Below, one piece after another: positions 55,129 through 64,000 of a stretch of 64,000 nucleotides of DNA; position 1 is the first letter of the stretch; the number at the start of each line of letters is the position of its first letter. The position numbers and the translations under genes are program-made. This stretch comes from Candidatus Nealsonbacteria bacterium (lineage in GTDB: Bacteria; Patescibacteriota; Minisyncoccia; Minisyncoccales; JANBVM01). Location: assembly GCA_047456295.1 (NCBI GenBank), contig CP179887.1, forward strand, positions 431,159 through 495,158. The letters are read 5' to 3'. Under the pieces are notes generated by a model. It saw only the letters and a list, made by a program, of their open reading frames with translations. It was not told the DNA's origin and did no database searches.

Positions 55129-56139
55129 TTAAATATAATACTTTCTTTTATTCAAAACTTTCAGAGCTTCTTTTCTATATTCTTCTGAAGCAAAGGTAAT
55201 CACCAGATTTAAATCATTGCCATCAGGGTTTTGTTCTAAAAATTTACTCCAAGCTTTTCTTTTGTACCCTTCTGGAATTTTCTCTTTCTCAATTGCTAAA
55301 AAAAGTTCGTAATTACTGGGGTTTTGCCTTAAGAACTTTTCCCACGCTTTTTCTTTGACTTCTTCTGGAGCTTTTTCTATTACTAAGAAAATTTCATAGG
55401 TAGTAAATGCTTGTTTTAAATGTTTTTTCCACTCGATGATTTTTCCCGGTTTTTCAAGTTTCCCTTTTTCTTCCCAAAGTTTGACCCAACGGCGATTTAA
55501 TTTAAGTATTCTTATTAATGCTTTATGAGGTAGTGTTCCTTCAGATTGCACTGATTTTAACTTCAGTCTCGTCCGAACTAAATTTTTTTCCAATAGCCAA
55601 TTTCTTTCTGCTTTCTCGTATTTTTCTTCAGATTCCTTTAAATCTTCTTCTGCTTTTTTTATTCCTTCTAAGTTTAAGGTGCCTTTTTCTATTCCCCTAA
55701 TTATTTTTTCCATCTTCCTGTCGAGTTCTTTCCCCAAGTTCTCTGATATTTCATAATGAGCTATTAATTTTGTTACCATTGCAACCCGCTCTTTCTTTTT
55801 AAGTTCTTTAAATGCTTCCGGGGCATCTCTTATAATTTCCATAATTTCCTCTGGAGTATTTGTTCTCTGAAGTTTTTTATCCCAGCCTTTAATTCTTGAT
55901 CTAATTTTTAACCCCCACTTTTTTCTTTTTGGTCTTCCTCCTTCTCCAGCCTTCTCTAACCAAGAATCAAGAACAACAATAGTTAAAGGGATACTTACTA
56001 TGAAGTCAATAACAATCCAGATAATCGCGTATAGTCCCGGTCCCAAAAAAGCGCTAGGTATAGAAAGTATAGAAAAAATGAAAGAGAATACAAAAAACCC
56101 TCCAATAACCAAACCAATAACATCACCAACTTTACCCAT
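55129..56139 (-). CDS. Membrane-anchored fusion paralog: 2 TM + coiled coil (48177-like) + helical repeats (46668-like)
   Basis: N-terminal two hydrophobic helices. The middle aligns with the 48177 protein. The C-terminus shares the runs QNPSNYELFL, KFLEQNPD and NDLNLVITFA with the 46668 protein. Confidence 0.5.
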   Translation of the reverse strand: MGKVGDVIGLVIGGFFVFSFIFSILSIPSAFLGPGLYAIIWIVIDFIVSIPLTIVVLDSWLEKAGEGGRPKRKKWGLKIRSRIKGWDKKLQRTNTPEEIMEIIRDAPEAFKELKKKERVAMVTKLIAHYEISENLGKELDRKMEKIIRGIEKGTLNLEGIKKAEEDLKESEEKYEKAERNWLLEKNLVRTRLKLKSVQSEGTLPHKALIRILKLNRRWVKLWEEKGKLEKPGKIIEWKKHLKQAFTTYEIFLVIEKAPEEVKEKAWEKFLRQNPSNYELFLAIEKEKIPEGYKRKAWSKFLEQNPDGNDLNLVITFASEEYRKEALKVLNKRKYYI

Positions 56140-56338
56140 CTTTTAAGATACCTCCAAGATATTTTATTTTTAATGTAATTTTATTCTATTTGTCTTCTAT
56201 CACCTCTTTGAATTTTTGTCAAAAGCCTTCAATTACTTTACAAAGCTAAGAGTGGTCAATATCTATCTGAATCTGGACATCGCTGATTTAAGACTTGACA
56301 ATTCTATTCAGTATTAGAAAATAGAAGAATAAGGAAAG

Positions 56339-57385
56339 ATGTCTAATTACCTTAAGGAAATCAAACGAGTTATAAAACCGCTTTTTGTAGCGCTTATTTT
56401 AATTATCTTGATTTTTATTTCCAGCTCAAAAAAGGATAAAAATATTTCTCTTTTGAGCATGGATTTACCAGACAACAATTCTCCTCAAAGTGCTTTTGCT
56501 GATCCATCCCAAAAATCCCGGCCAGAATTGCCGGAATTTCTTTTAGTCCAAGAAAATTCTTTTCGGGCCACCTATCCTCCTTTTACCATTACCCCCAAGG
56601 TTTTAGGAGCTATGGTAGAAGGTTTTGATTTTGAAGCCCAGAGAGCGATTATTGAATATATTGTTGAATCAGGAGATAGTCCTTGGTCTATTGCTGCTAA
56701 ATTTGACATTTCTTCAGATACCCTGCTTTGGGCTAATAATTTAAAACAGAATCCATTGATTAAACTTGGTCAGAAATTAATCATTCCTCCTGTCTCAGGC
56801 TTAATACATCATGTTAAAGCAGGAGATACAGTGGGTGAGGTTGCTAAAAAGTATAAGGCCAAGACAGAAGACATCATTTCTTTCAATGATCTCTCGAATG
56901 AGGCTGATATCTTTGCTGGTGATATTTTGGTTATTCCAGATGGAGTAATAACTGTTCCAACAGTGAGTTATGCTGCAACCTGGGTTCCAATAGGTAAGAC
57001 CTATTTTATGTGTCCTATTGCTCAACCCTGCCGGATTACCCAGGGAATTCATTGGTATAATGCTATTGATTTTAGTCATGGCAGATGCGGGGAAACAATT
57101 TATGCTGCTGCCGAAGGCAAGGTATTAAGAGTAAGACTGACTAATTCCACCTCTCAATGGGCTTTCGGGGGAGCTGGGAATCACTTAACGATTTTGCATC
57201 CCAATGGAGTGGTGACAATGTATGGACATATTTCTACCAGTCTGGTTCAACCAGGCGATGGGGTCTATCAGGGACAACCCATAGCTTTAATGGGCGGACA
57301 GCCTGGAACAGCCGGAGCAGGAATGTCTACTGGCTGCCATTTACATTTTGGAGTCAGCAACGCTGAAAATCCATTTGCCAGATAA
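56339..57385 (+). CDS. LysM-domain M23 peptidoglycan endopeptidase
   Basis: N-terminal TM helix, two LysM repeats (VESGDSPWSIAAKFDIS.., VKAGDTVGEVAKKYKAK..), and an M23 core (AIDFSH, NHLTILHPNG, GCHLHFGV). Confidence 0.85.
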   Translation: MSNYLKEIKRVIKPLFVALILIILIFISSSKKDKNISLLSMDLPDNNSPQSAFADPSQKSRPELPEFLLVQENSFRATYPPFTITPKVLGAMVEGFDFEAQRAIIEYIVESGDSPWSIAAKFDISSDTLLWANNLKQNPLIKLGQKLIIPPVSGLIHHVKAGDTVGEVAKKYKAKTEDIISFNDLSNEADIFAGDILVIPDGVITVPTVSYAATWVPIGKTYFMCPIAQPCRITQGIHWYNAIDFSHGRCGETIYAAAEGKVLRVRLTNSTSQWAFGGAGNHLTILHPNGVVTMYGHISTSLVQPGDGVYQGQPIALMGGQPGTAGAGMSTGCHLHFGVSNAENPFAR

Positions 57386-57506
57386 ATCTTACAAATAAAG
57401 TTTAATAAATTTAAGGTTATTGTCTGTCACTTAAAACAAAAACCCATTACCGGGTTTTTTTTGTAAGAGCTCAACTCCTAACTTAGACTTAAAATAATTA
57501 TATGAA

Positions 57507-57869
57507 TCATTTGCATTTTAAACAAAACCTTGCTTCAGGATATATTTTCAGCCGTTCAACAGGAATTTCTCTGCCGCATTTTTCGCAAATCCCATATTTC
57601 CCTTTTTTGATTTTATCTAAGGCTGAATTAATGTTTTTGAGACGTATCTCCAAGATATGTTCCAGGGGTAAAAGCCTGGTGTATTCTTCAACTTCGTCAG
57701 CAGCAATTTCCATGTCAGCTGTTGATTCCCCGTTCCAGTTGGGAAAACGGGTATCCCAGTCTCCTTTTAATTTCTTGTCCTTTTCAGCAAAACCCTCCAG
57801 ATTCTTTTCAATCTGGGCTTTTTCCTTTTCTAATTTTTTTCTTAATTCTTTGAAAGTTTTTTTATCCAT
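57507..57869 (-). CDS. DksA/TraR-family C4 zinc-finger protein
   Basis: Coiled-coil N-terminus plus CEKCGREIPVERLKIYPEARFCLKC. Confidence 0.75.
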   Translation of the reverse strand: MDKKTFKELRKKLEKEKAQIEKNLEGFAEKDKKLKGDWDTRFPNWNGESTADMEIAADEVEEYTRLLPLEHILEIRLKNINSALDKIKKGKYGICEKCGREIPVERLKIYPEARFCLKCK

Positions 57870-57895
57870 GATTTCAGATTATTAATGATAAGAAC

Positions 57896-58918
57896 TTATT
57901 CTTCAATTAAAGGATAGAAATATTCCCAATCAAAATTCCAAGGGTCGGTTTTCCGTTCTGGTGCAATCTCATTTTGACCGAGAATATTCTCAAGGGGAAT
58001 ATTGTATTGCTGCCGAAGATAATTTACTAACTGAGATAGAGATTGGTACTGGGTTTCATTTGGAGATTCAGTTTTTGTGTAAATAAGTTCAATGCCAACT
58101 GAGAAGTTATTAATAATATCTATTCTACTACCATCTGGCATTTTGCCAGCCCCAGCATGGTAAGCAACAGCTTCATCGGGAGATAGTTGATAGATGGTTC
58201 CATCTCGAGTAATAAGATAATGAGAAGTTACTTTATACATTCTGAATTGTTCAATAACCCTTTCCATATCATAAACATCTCCTCCGATAGCATTATAAAC
58301 AGAATGAATAATAATCGTGTCAATTGTCCGGGTAGCAGTAGGAATATAATAGCCCCAATCAAGAATTCTCTCATTAATCAAGGGAATTATAATTTCTGGT
58401 TCCTCAGCAATTTCTTCTTCCATTTCTTCTTCTCTTTCTGATGGTAACTCTTCTTCTGGGAGAACAAGTTCTTCTTTTAAAGGAGTGATTTCTTGTTTTG
58501 AAGGAAATATATCTTTAAAGATTGCTCTTTCATAAACAAAAAACCAATAAAAAAACCCAATAATGAGAACAGAAAGTAAAATAAACCCTATCCTGACCAA
58601 GAATTTCCTGGAAGAAGCAGGTCTTTTTGGGGGTTTGGGAATAAGGGTTTCCCTGGCTACTTTTTCTCTTTCTTGTTCTGGCTGTGCTTTGGTTTTCTTC
58701 TTCTCGGTTTCCAGGCCAATGATTCTTTCTCTTTCTTTTTCAACCTCAGTCTCCCGGAGTCTTTTGATGTCTTTTTGCATTGTCCTTACCTCTGCTCTTT
58801 TTAAAAACTCCAGTTTCTCTTCTTTTTCTTCTGGTCCAGCCTGTTTTACCTCTTTTTTAAAAGATTCCCCCTCCTCTTTTTTACTTTCTTCTGGTATAAG
58901 GTTTTTTTCTTCTATCAT
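57896..58918 (-). CDS. Membrane-anchored N-acetylmuramoyl-L-alanine amidase (Amidase_2/PGRP type)
   Basis: Charged N-terminus, one TM helix, then IDTIIIHSVYN, SHYLITRDGTIYQL, AYHAG, SVGIEL. Confidence 0.75.
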   Translation of the reverse strand: MIEEKNLIPEESKKEEGESFKKEVKQAGPEEKEEKLEFLKRAEVRTMQKDIKRLRETEVEKERERIIGLETEKKKTKAQPEQEREKVARETLIPKPPKRPASSRKFLVRIGFILLSVLIIGFFYWFFVYERAIFKDIFPSKQEITPLKEELVLPEEELPSEREEEMEEEIAEEPEIIIPLINERILDWGYYIPTATRTIDTIIIHSVYNAIGGDVYDMERVIEQFRMYKVTSHYLITRDGTIYQLSPDEAVAYHAGAGKMPDGSRIDIINNFSVGIELIYTKTESPNETQYQSLSQLVNYLRQQYNIPLENILGQNEIAPERKTDPWNFDWEYFYPLIEE

Positions 58919-61001
58919 AAGGTTTTTTATATTGATTTATCGATAGATTTATTCTTCCCTGTTCATCAATAGAGATTACCTTAACAGAAATGATATCCCC
59001 CATCTTAAGAGCCTTTTTTACTTTATAAGGGGGGAATTTAGAAATGCGTACCATGCCTTCCTGGCCAGGTAGAATCTCCACAAAAGCACCGAAATTTAAA
59101 ATCCTTTTTACCTTACCCTGAAACACCTCTCCTATCCTTATTTCTCTTGTAATGTTTTTTATCCAGGCAACAGCTTTTTTAGCAGCATCTTCTTTTTCAG
59201 CAGTAATAAAGACCCTGCCTGAATCTTCAATGTCAATTGATACCCCGCATTCTTCAATTATTTCATTGATTACCTTTCCTCCAGGCCCGATTACCTTTCT
59301 GATCTTTTCAGGATTAATCTGGATAACTAGAATTCTTGGGGCAAATGGAGATAGTTTTGGTCTGGGTTTTTCCAATACCTGTGTCATCTTTTTTAGAATC
59401 TGGAGCCTGGCCTCCCTTCCTTTTTTTAATGATTGCTTTAAAATCTGTTCTGATATGCCGTCAATCTTAACATCCATCTGAATTACGGTTACTCCTTTGT
59501 TTGTCCCTGCCACCTTCAAATCCATGTCTCCATAATGATCTTCAGGCCCCTGGATGTCGGTTAAGAGCTTGTAATTACCCTTAGGGTCAATAATTAAGCC
59601 CAAGGCAATTCCAGCCACAGGAGACCTTATGGGCACTCCAGCATCCATTAAAGCCAGAGAAGAACTGGAAATAGAAGCCATGCTGGTGGAACCGTTTGAG
59701 GATAATATTTCAGAGACAATCCTGGTTGTATAAGGAAATTTATCAAAGGGAGGAATAACAGGCAAGAGAGCTTTTTCTGCCAGCAATCCATGACCGATCT
59801 CTCTTCTCCCTGGTGCTCTCATGGGTCTTACCTCTCCGACCGAATAAGGAGGGAAATTATAATGATGCATAAAGCGTTTTTTCCCCACGATTTCCATGCC
59901 TTCCACTAGTTGGACGTCTCCTGGAGCGCCCAGGGTCAGGATGGAAAGGGATTTTGTTTGCCCCCGGCAGAAAAGGCCTGAACCATGGGTTCTGGGTATA
60001 AGGCCTGTTTCACAGACAAGCCCTCTTATCTCGTCTAATCTTCTTCCATCAGGCCTTTTTTCATTATCAAGGATGTTTTTGTGCATTATGCTTTTGATTT
60101 CCTTTTCAAAAAATCTTTCAGCCTGATCTATTTGTTCAGGATAATTTTCCTGGAGAAAACTGATTAACTCTTGTTTTAATTGTTCTGTCTTGTTTGTCCT
60201 CTCTCCTTTTTCTTTTTGATACAGGGATTCTTTTAATCCATTGTTTAAGAATCCCTTGATTTCTCTTTCTAACTCAGGGTCTATTGTATCGGTCTTTAAG
60301 GTAATCTTTTTTTTGCCGATCTTTTCAGTAATTTCTTTTTCAAGATCAATTATTTTTTTTAAATATGTCTTTGAGAATTGATAGGCTTCCACGATTAATT
60401 TTTCTTCAACTTCATTAAGGTTTCCCTCAATCATATTAATCAAGACTTCCCCTTTTTTGGTGCCGGCAAAGACAAGATTCATGCTGCTCTTTTCCATTTC
60501 TTCGTAGGTCGGGTTTAAGATGAATTTATTATCAATCCTGCCGATTCTAACAGCAGCTACAGGTCCTTTCCAAGGGATGTCAGAGATGGAAAGAGCCAGG
60601 GAACATGCCAGCAGGGCTATGACGTCAGGTTCGTTTTGACCATCCCAGGAAAGAATGGTGGCTACCACCTGGATTTCCCTGCTCAGGTTTTCCGGAAAAA
60701 GAGGACGAATGGTTCTATCGATTAATCTGGCGTTACAGACAGCCTCATCAGAAGGCCTGGCCTCTCTTTTTATGTATCTTGAACCCCTGATTTTACCTGA
60801 AGCATAGAACCTTTCTTCATAATTTACTGTTAAGGGAAAGAAACTGAGACCCTCTTTTTCATAATTAGACATTACGGCCGTAGCCAGAACCAGGGTATCT
60901 CCATATTGAACAAGAACAGAACCATTGCTTTGTTCTGCTAAATTCTTGATATTTACTATTAATTCTCTTCCCCCAATTTCTAACTTGAATTTTTTAGCCA
61001 T
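58881..61001 (-). CDS. pnp: Polyribonucleotide nucleotidyltransferase
   Basis: Two RNase PH domains plus KH (GPGGKVINEI) and S1 (GKVKRILNFGAFVE). 706 aa. Confidence 0.95.
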   Translation of the reverse strand: MAKKFKLEIGGRELIVNIKNLAEQSNGSVLVQYGDTLVLATAVMSNYEKEGLSFFPLTVNYEERFYASGKIRGSRYIKREARPSDEAVCNARLIDRTIRPLFPENLSREIQVVATILSWDGQNEPDVIALLACSLALSISDIPWKGPVAAVRIGRIDNKFILNPTYEEMEKSSMNLVFAGTKKGEVLINMIEGNLNEVEEKLIVEAYQFSKTYLKKIIDLEKEITEKIGKKKITLKTDTIDPELEREIKGFLNNGLKESLYQKEKGERTNKTEQLKQELISFLQENYPEQIDQAERFFEKEIKSIMHKNILDNEKRPDGRRLDEIRGLVCETGLIPRTHGSGLFCRGQTKSLSILTLGAPGDVQLVEGMEIVGKKRFMHHYNFPPYSVGEVRPMRAPGRREIGHGLLAEKALLPVIPPFDKFPYTTRIVSEILSSNGSTSMASISSSSLALMDAGVPIRSPVAGIALGLIIDPKGNYKLLTDIQGPEDHYGDMDLKVAGTNKGVTVIQMDVKIDGISEQILKQSLKKGREARLQILKKMTQVLEKPRPKLSPFAPRILVIQINPEKIRKVIGPGGKVINEIIEECGVSIDIEDSGRVFITAEKEDAAKKAVAWIKNITREIRIGEVFQGKVKRILNFGAFVEILPGQEGMVRISKFPPYKVKKALKMGDIISVKVISIDEQGRINLSINQYKKPYDRRKKPYTRRK

Positions 61002-61053
61002 GGATAATTATGATTAAATAACAATTAATGAAAATCAGTGACCTCATCACCAA

Positions 61054-61557
61054 TTATTTTTTTAAGAGGTATTTTTTCGGGTTTTCCCCTATATCAGTGA
61101 ATTCATCAGCTGACTTTATCAATTTTGAAGAAGCTGATTTGCCAAAAGCAATAACCTCTACCCTTTTTCCCTGATTCTTCAAATATTCAACCACCTGGAG
61201 AAAATCACCGTCCCCTGAAGCCAGAACAATGGTGTCCACGCTGGAAGAGATTCTGATGGCATCAACAGCAATGCCTACGTCCCAGTCAGCTTTTTTCAAA
61301 CCACCATAAAATTCCTGTAAATCTCTTACCCTGGTTTCAAACCCCAGGGTTTTCAGGGCTCCGAAAAAAGCTTTTTCCTCCCCGGTTTTTGTTCTTACCA
61401 CATAGGCAAAGGCCCTGATTAAGATTCTCTGGCTGACCGCCAATTTTAAGATTGCTCCAAAATTGACCCGGGCCCCGTACAAATTCTTGGCAGAATGATA
61501 GAGGTTTTGGACATCGATTAAGAGAGCCACTCTTTGACCGAGATGTTTTATTACCAT
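61054..61557 (-). CDS. NYN/LabA-like domain protein
   Basis: ALLIDVQNLYHS start, SGDGDF motif. 167 aa. Confidence 0.7.
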   Translation of the reverse strand: MVIKHLGQRVALLIDVQNLYHSAKNLYGARVNFGAILKLAVSQRILIRAFAYVVRTKTGEEKAFFGALKTLGFETRVRDLQEFYGGLKKADWDVGIAVDAIRISSSVDTIVLASGDGDFLQVVEYLKNQGKRVEVIAFGKSASSKLIKSADEFTDIGENPKKYLLKK

Positions 61558-61558
61558 A

Positions 61559-61825
61559 TTACTTTTTCAAGCCTATTTTTTTGATAACGGCTTTGTATCT
61601 TTTTATGTTTTTTTCTTTCAAATACCCTAAGAGCTTCCTTCTTTTTGCAACCATTTTTAACAATCCTCTTTTTGAGTGAAGATCTTTGGGATGCTTTTTC
61701 AGGTGCAGCAGGAGGTTTTTGATTTCTTTTGACAATAAAGCCACCTGGACCCCTGGAGACCCTGTGTCCACATCATGTATTTTGTATGTTTTTATAATTG
61801 CTTCTTTGTTTTTCTTCTTTAACAT
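61559..61825 (-). CDS. rpsO: Ribosomal protein S15
   Basis: 88 aa. [33 protein letters not shown]. Upstream of pnp, as usual. Confidence 0.9.
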   Translation of the reverse strand: MLKKKNKEAIIKTYKIHDVDTGSPGVQVALLSKEIKNLLLHLKKHPKDLHSKRGLLKMVAKRRKLLGYLKEKNIKRYKAVIKKIGLKK

Positions 61826-61913
61826 GGTTTTACAATTTATTTAATTATACCATTTTCATTTTAATTAAAAAAGAAAGCTAATAACTTTCTTGTATTGCTT
61901 ATTTTAGTTTGTG

Positions 61914-61985
61914 TGTCCCCGGCAGGAGTCGAACCTACATATCCAGCTTAGAAGGCAGGTGTTCTATCCGTTGAACTACGGGGAC
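61914..61985 (-). tRNA. tRNA-Arg (anticodon TCT)
   Basis: 72-nt cloverleaf by hand: acceptor GTCCCCG/CGGGGAC, D arm GTTC-AACGGATA-GAAC, anticodon loop CTTCTAA (one U-U mismatch in its stem), T arm GTAGG-TTCGACT-CCTGC. Confidence 0.8.
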
Positions 61986-62045
61986 CCTTAAATCCTAACA
62001 TCAGGATAAATCTACTTTAACCAAAAATTAATAAAAAATCAAATA

Positions 62046-62348
62046 TTAAGGAATAAAGGGATTAAGATATTTCTTAGTATCTGTTTGTCTAAATCTTTCC
62101 TCTTTTTCCTGCCAGGTTCTTAAAATCTCCTGATAGGTCTTTGTCTTAAACTGGAGTTGTTTTTCTGTGATCTTGAGCTCAGGTTCTTTTGTAAAAATAT
62201 GATATCTGTAAAAGACAAGGAAACCCAAGATTAAAGACAAGATAAATAATCCCCAAAAAGCTAAAAAGGCATTTTTTCCCAAAACCAATGGTATTTTTTT
62301 AAGAAAGACCTTGATATTCTTTAATTGGATTGTTTTTAATCTTGGCAT
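62046..62348 (-). CDS. Single-pass membrane protein downstream of pilO (pilus assembly accessory?)
   Basis: 100 aa with one TM helix. Assigned from operon position only. Confidence 0.3.
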   Translation of the reverse strand: MPRLKTIQLKNIKVFLKKIPLVLGKNAFLAFWGLFILSLILGFLVFYRYHIFTKEPELKITEKQLQFKTKTYQEILRTWQEKEERFRQTDTKKYLNPFIP

Positions 62349-62359
62349 AATTCAGCAGA

Positions 62360-62920
62360 TTATTTGGCAAAGACCTTTAAGGAAAGGTTGATTTTGGTAG
62401 CTCCCAGAGAAAACCCTTCAAACCCTTTTGACCTCAACTCTTGTTCTGTCAGGCGGGTAATATTCAGGTTTCTGATTTTAATCAGATAGGGGCTTAATTC
62501 AAGTTTTTCCAAGAACCTGAAGCATCTGGGAAAGGAACAGACAGACCTTATTTGAAATGCCATGGAAGGCCAGATATCCCCTTTTTCCTTTCTCGCTGAA
62601 GAAGGAGAAATATCTATGGCTATCTGGGTGTCCTGAGAATTTTCTTCCAAAAAAGAAATAAAGTCTACCGGCGCTGCTGGTTTGATAAACAGGGTCTTTG
62701 CTTTTTCCAGGTTTTCTTTTATTTCCCGGTAGTTTTTTCTGAATTCTTCAATATTCTTGATTTTATTTTCTAGAGAAACCAATTCTTGTTTTTTGGAGAT
62801 TAATTCCCGGGAGCCTTCCTGTATGTCTTTGTAGACAGGGCGGATTAAAAACATGAGCAAGAAAACGCCCAATAAAAGGAAGGTGGCTAAAAGCAAATTG
62901 ATTTTATTTTTCAGTGTCAT
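62360..62920 (-). CDS. pilO: PilO-like type IV pilus assembly protein
   Basis: N-terminal TM helix plus coiled coil and a C-terminal alpha/beta region. Follows pilN. Confidence 0.55.
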   Translation of the reverse strand: MTLKNKINLLLATFLLLGVFLLMFLIRPVYKDIQEGSRELISKKQELVSLENKIKNIEEFRKNYREIKENLEKAKTLFIKPAAPVDFISFLEENSQDTQIAIDISPSSARKEKGDIWPSMAFQIRSVCSFPRCFRFLEKLELSPYLIKIRNLNITRLTEQELRSKGFEGFSLGATKINLSLKVFAK

Positions 62921-62965
62921 TTTTAATTCTTAAAAGATAGGGTTTTTATCTTAGCAGGATTATTA

Positions 62966-63502
62966 TTAATCTATTTCCAGGGTAAGGCTGAAATTAATCC
63001 CGGTTGGTTTAATCCAGCTCTCTGGCGAAAAAGAAACTGCATAGAACCATTTTTCAAGCTCTTGTTTAAATTCCAGTAATGTATCTCTGTCTGGACAATA
63101 CCCGGATAGAGATATCCTTGGTTTTTCCTTTCCCTTTCTTATAATAAAACCAAAGCTGAAATCAGTCAGATAGGTTTTAGAAGGAAGGGTTTCATAAAGC
63201 TTTTCCAGGACCTGGGTTAAATCAAGATTTTCTTGGTAAAAAGAGTTTAAATCAGAAAGAAAAGCATTAGACTGTATTATTTCTTTTTCTATTTCTTGAT
63301 TGAGGAAGATTACCCTTTTTTTCTCTTCTAAAATTATTATTTGGGTTTCTAGGTCAGCGCCAACATAGACCCTTACCAATAACAAAACCAAAAACAAAGA
63401 AAACAAAAAAGATAAAAATAAGATTCCTAGAATTAAAATTAATCTTAAGTACCCCTGGTATAAAAGCTTTTCTTTTTGTTGTGGCGGCAATAGATTAATC
63501 AT
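62966..63502 (-). CDS. pilN: PilN-like type IV pilus assembly protein
   Basis: MINLLPPQQKEK N-terminus (the INLLP motif), a TM helix and a coiled coil. Confidence 0.7.
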   Translation of the reverse strand: MINLLPPQQKEKLLYQGYLRLILILGILFLSFLFSLFLVLLLVRVYVGADLETQIIILEEKKRVIFLNQEIEKEIIQSNAFLSDLNSFYQENLDLTQVLEKLYETLPSKTYLTDFSFGFIIRKGKEKPRISLSGYCPDRDTLLEFKQELEKWFYAVSFSPESWIKPTGINFSLTLEID

Positions 63503-64000
63503 AAGTCTTTGTTATTTTCCAGCATACCCCTTAAGGCCAGTCCCAGAACTGTGGCGTATCCCAATGATTTTTCAAGGCCAAGCCCGGGTATTCCTCTTTT
63601 ATCTCCAGGAAGAATATTTACCCAAGGGTTCCCGACTTCAACCGGTAATTTTAATTCCAGGGAAAGCAATTCTCCCAGGCCTTTTAGGTTTGAGCCTCCC
63701 CCGCAAAGCAGGATTCTTGAAACACCCATGGGAATGGATTTTTCTTCAAGGGGCTTGGGTTTACCTTTTTGATCAGATGATAAATGTTCCCCATGGCTAT
63801 GGGTTTGATAATAATGGAGGTGTTTTTTGATTTGTTGGGTCAAATCAACCAGGGCCGGCACAAGGGCTTCAAAGATTTTACTTCTTTCTTTTTGAATGCT
63901 GGATTTTTCTTTTTTTGTTTTTGGTTTAATCTTTTCTTCTAATCCATATTTTATCTTGAGTTTTTCAGCTTTTGCCATATCTATTCCCAGGCTTTTAGAG
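63499..64000 (-). CDS. pilM: PilM (actin-like pilus assembly ATPase fold), C-terminal part, runs off window
   Basis: The frame stays open upstream of the track's ATG to the window end (..SKSLGIDMAKAEKLKIKYGL..). C-terminal ILLCGGGSNLKGLGELLSLELKLPVEVGNPW. Confidence 0.75.
   Translation of the reverse strand, partial: SKSLGIDMAKAEKLKIKYGLEEKIKPKTKKEKSSIQKERSKIFEALVPALVDLTQQIKKHLHYYQTHSHGEHLSSDQKGKPKPLEEKSIPMGVSRILLCGGGSNLKGLGELLSLELKLPVEVGNPWVNILPGDKRGIPGLGLEKSLGYATVLGLALRGMLENNKDL

Noticed and set aside
58881-58918. 38-nt overlap between the amidase gene start and the pnp 3' end as a sign of frameshifting or fusion
   Set aside because: The genes are in different frames, both products are complete, and short overlaps are frequent throughout this compact genome.

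Overview
This is an AT-rich, very gene-dense bacterial chromosome segment with about 70 protein genes, 2 tRNA-Arg genes, no rRNA and no CRISPR array. I had no search tools, so every call rests on reading the ORF-track translations, my own translation of uncovered stretches, and motifs recalled from memory.

The gene content suggests a Candidate Phyla Radiation (Patescibacteria)-like organism using the standard genetic code, since TGA clearly terminates full-length genes. Supporting signs are a stand-alone 5'-3' exonuclease, a lamin-tail-domain protein, type IV pilus genes, many small lysine-rich proteins, and archaeal-type enzymes (Elp3, EndoQ, RtcB plus archease, a presenilin-like protease).

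The window spans the replication-origin neighbourhood, with dnaN and dnaA on the minus strand facing rpmH-rnpA-yidC-jag on the plus strand. The housekeeping blocks are ordinary: uvrB, rpsT, holA, mutM, tsaE, yebC-ruvC, tyrS, a PBP1A, rsmA, pnp and rpsO.

Four things stand out:
1. Three inteins occur in 64 kb. One is in RtcB, one sits in the Walker A loop of a VirB4-like ATPase, and a third, missing from the ORF track, is cut by the window edge inside a BcrA/HgdC-type activase.
2. A type IV secretion (T4SS)-like locus at 37.7-43.0 kb and 48.6-58.9 kb has a pilin-like protein, VirB4, a PrgI/VirB3-like protein, a VirB6-like polytopic protein, a giant adhesin with a pilin-like C-terminus, two wall hydrolases and a TraR/DksA protein. 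No coupling protein or relaxase is in view.
3. That locus is split by a mosaic of decayed transposon-like cassettes at 43.6-48.2 kb and 54.0-56.2 kb. They share end sequences, outward TTGACA promoters and terminators. They carry a previously unrecognised roughly 30-aa repeat protein family, an orphan membrane histidine kinase, a methyltransferase and a zinc-ribbon protein.
4. A 51-bp tandem-repeat gene encoding a His/Asp-rich mini-protein lies behind jag, flanked by a duplicated copy of the jag 3' end.

Several unexplained small elements are also flagged: a leader or sRNA candidate, a long-stem intergenic element, and a 40-aa acidic micro-ORF.
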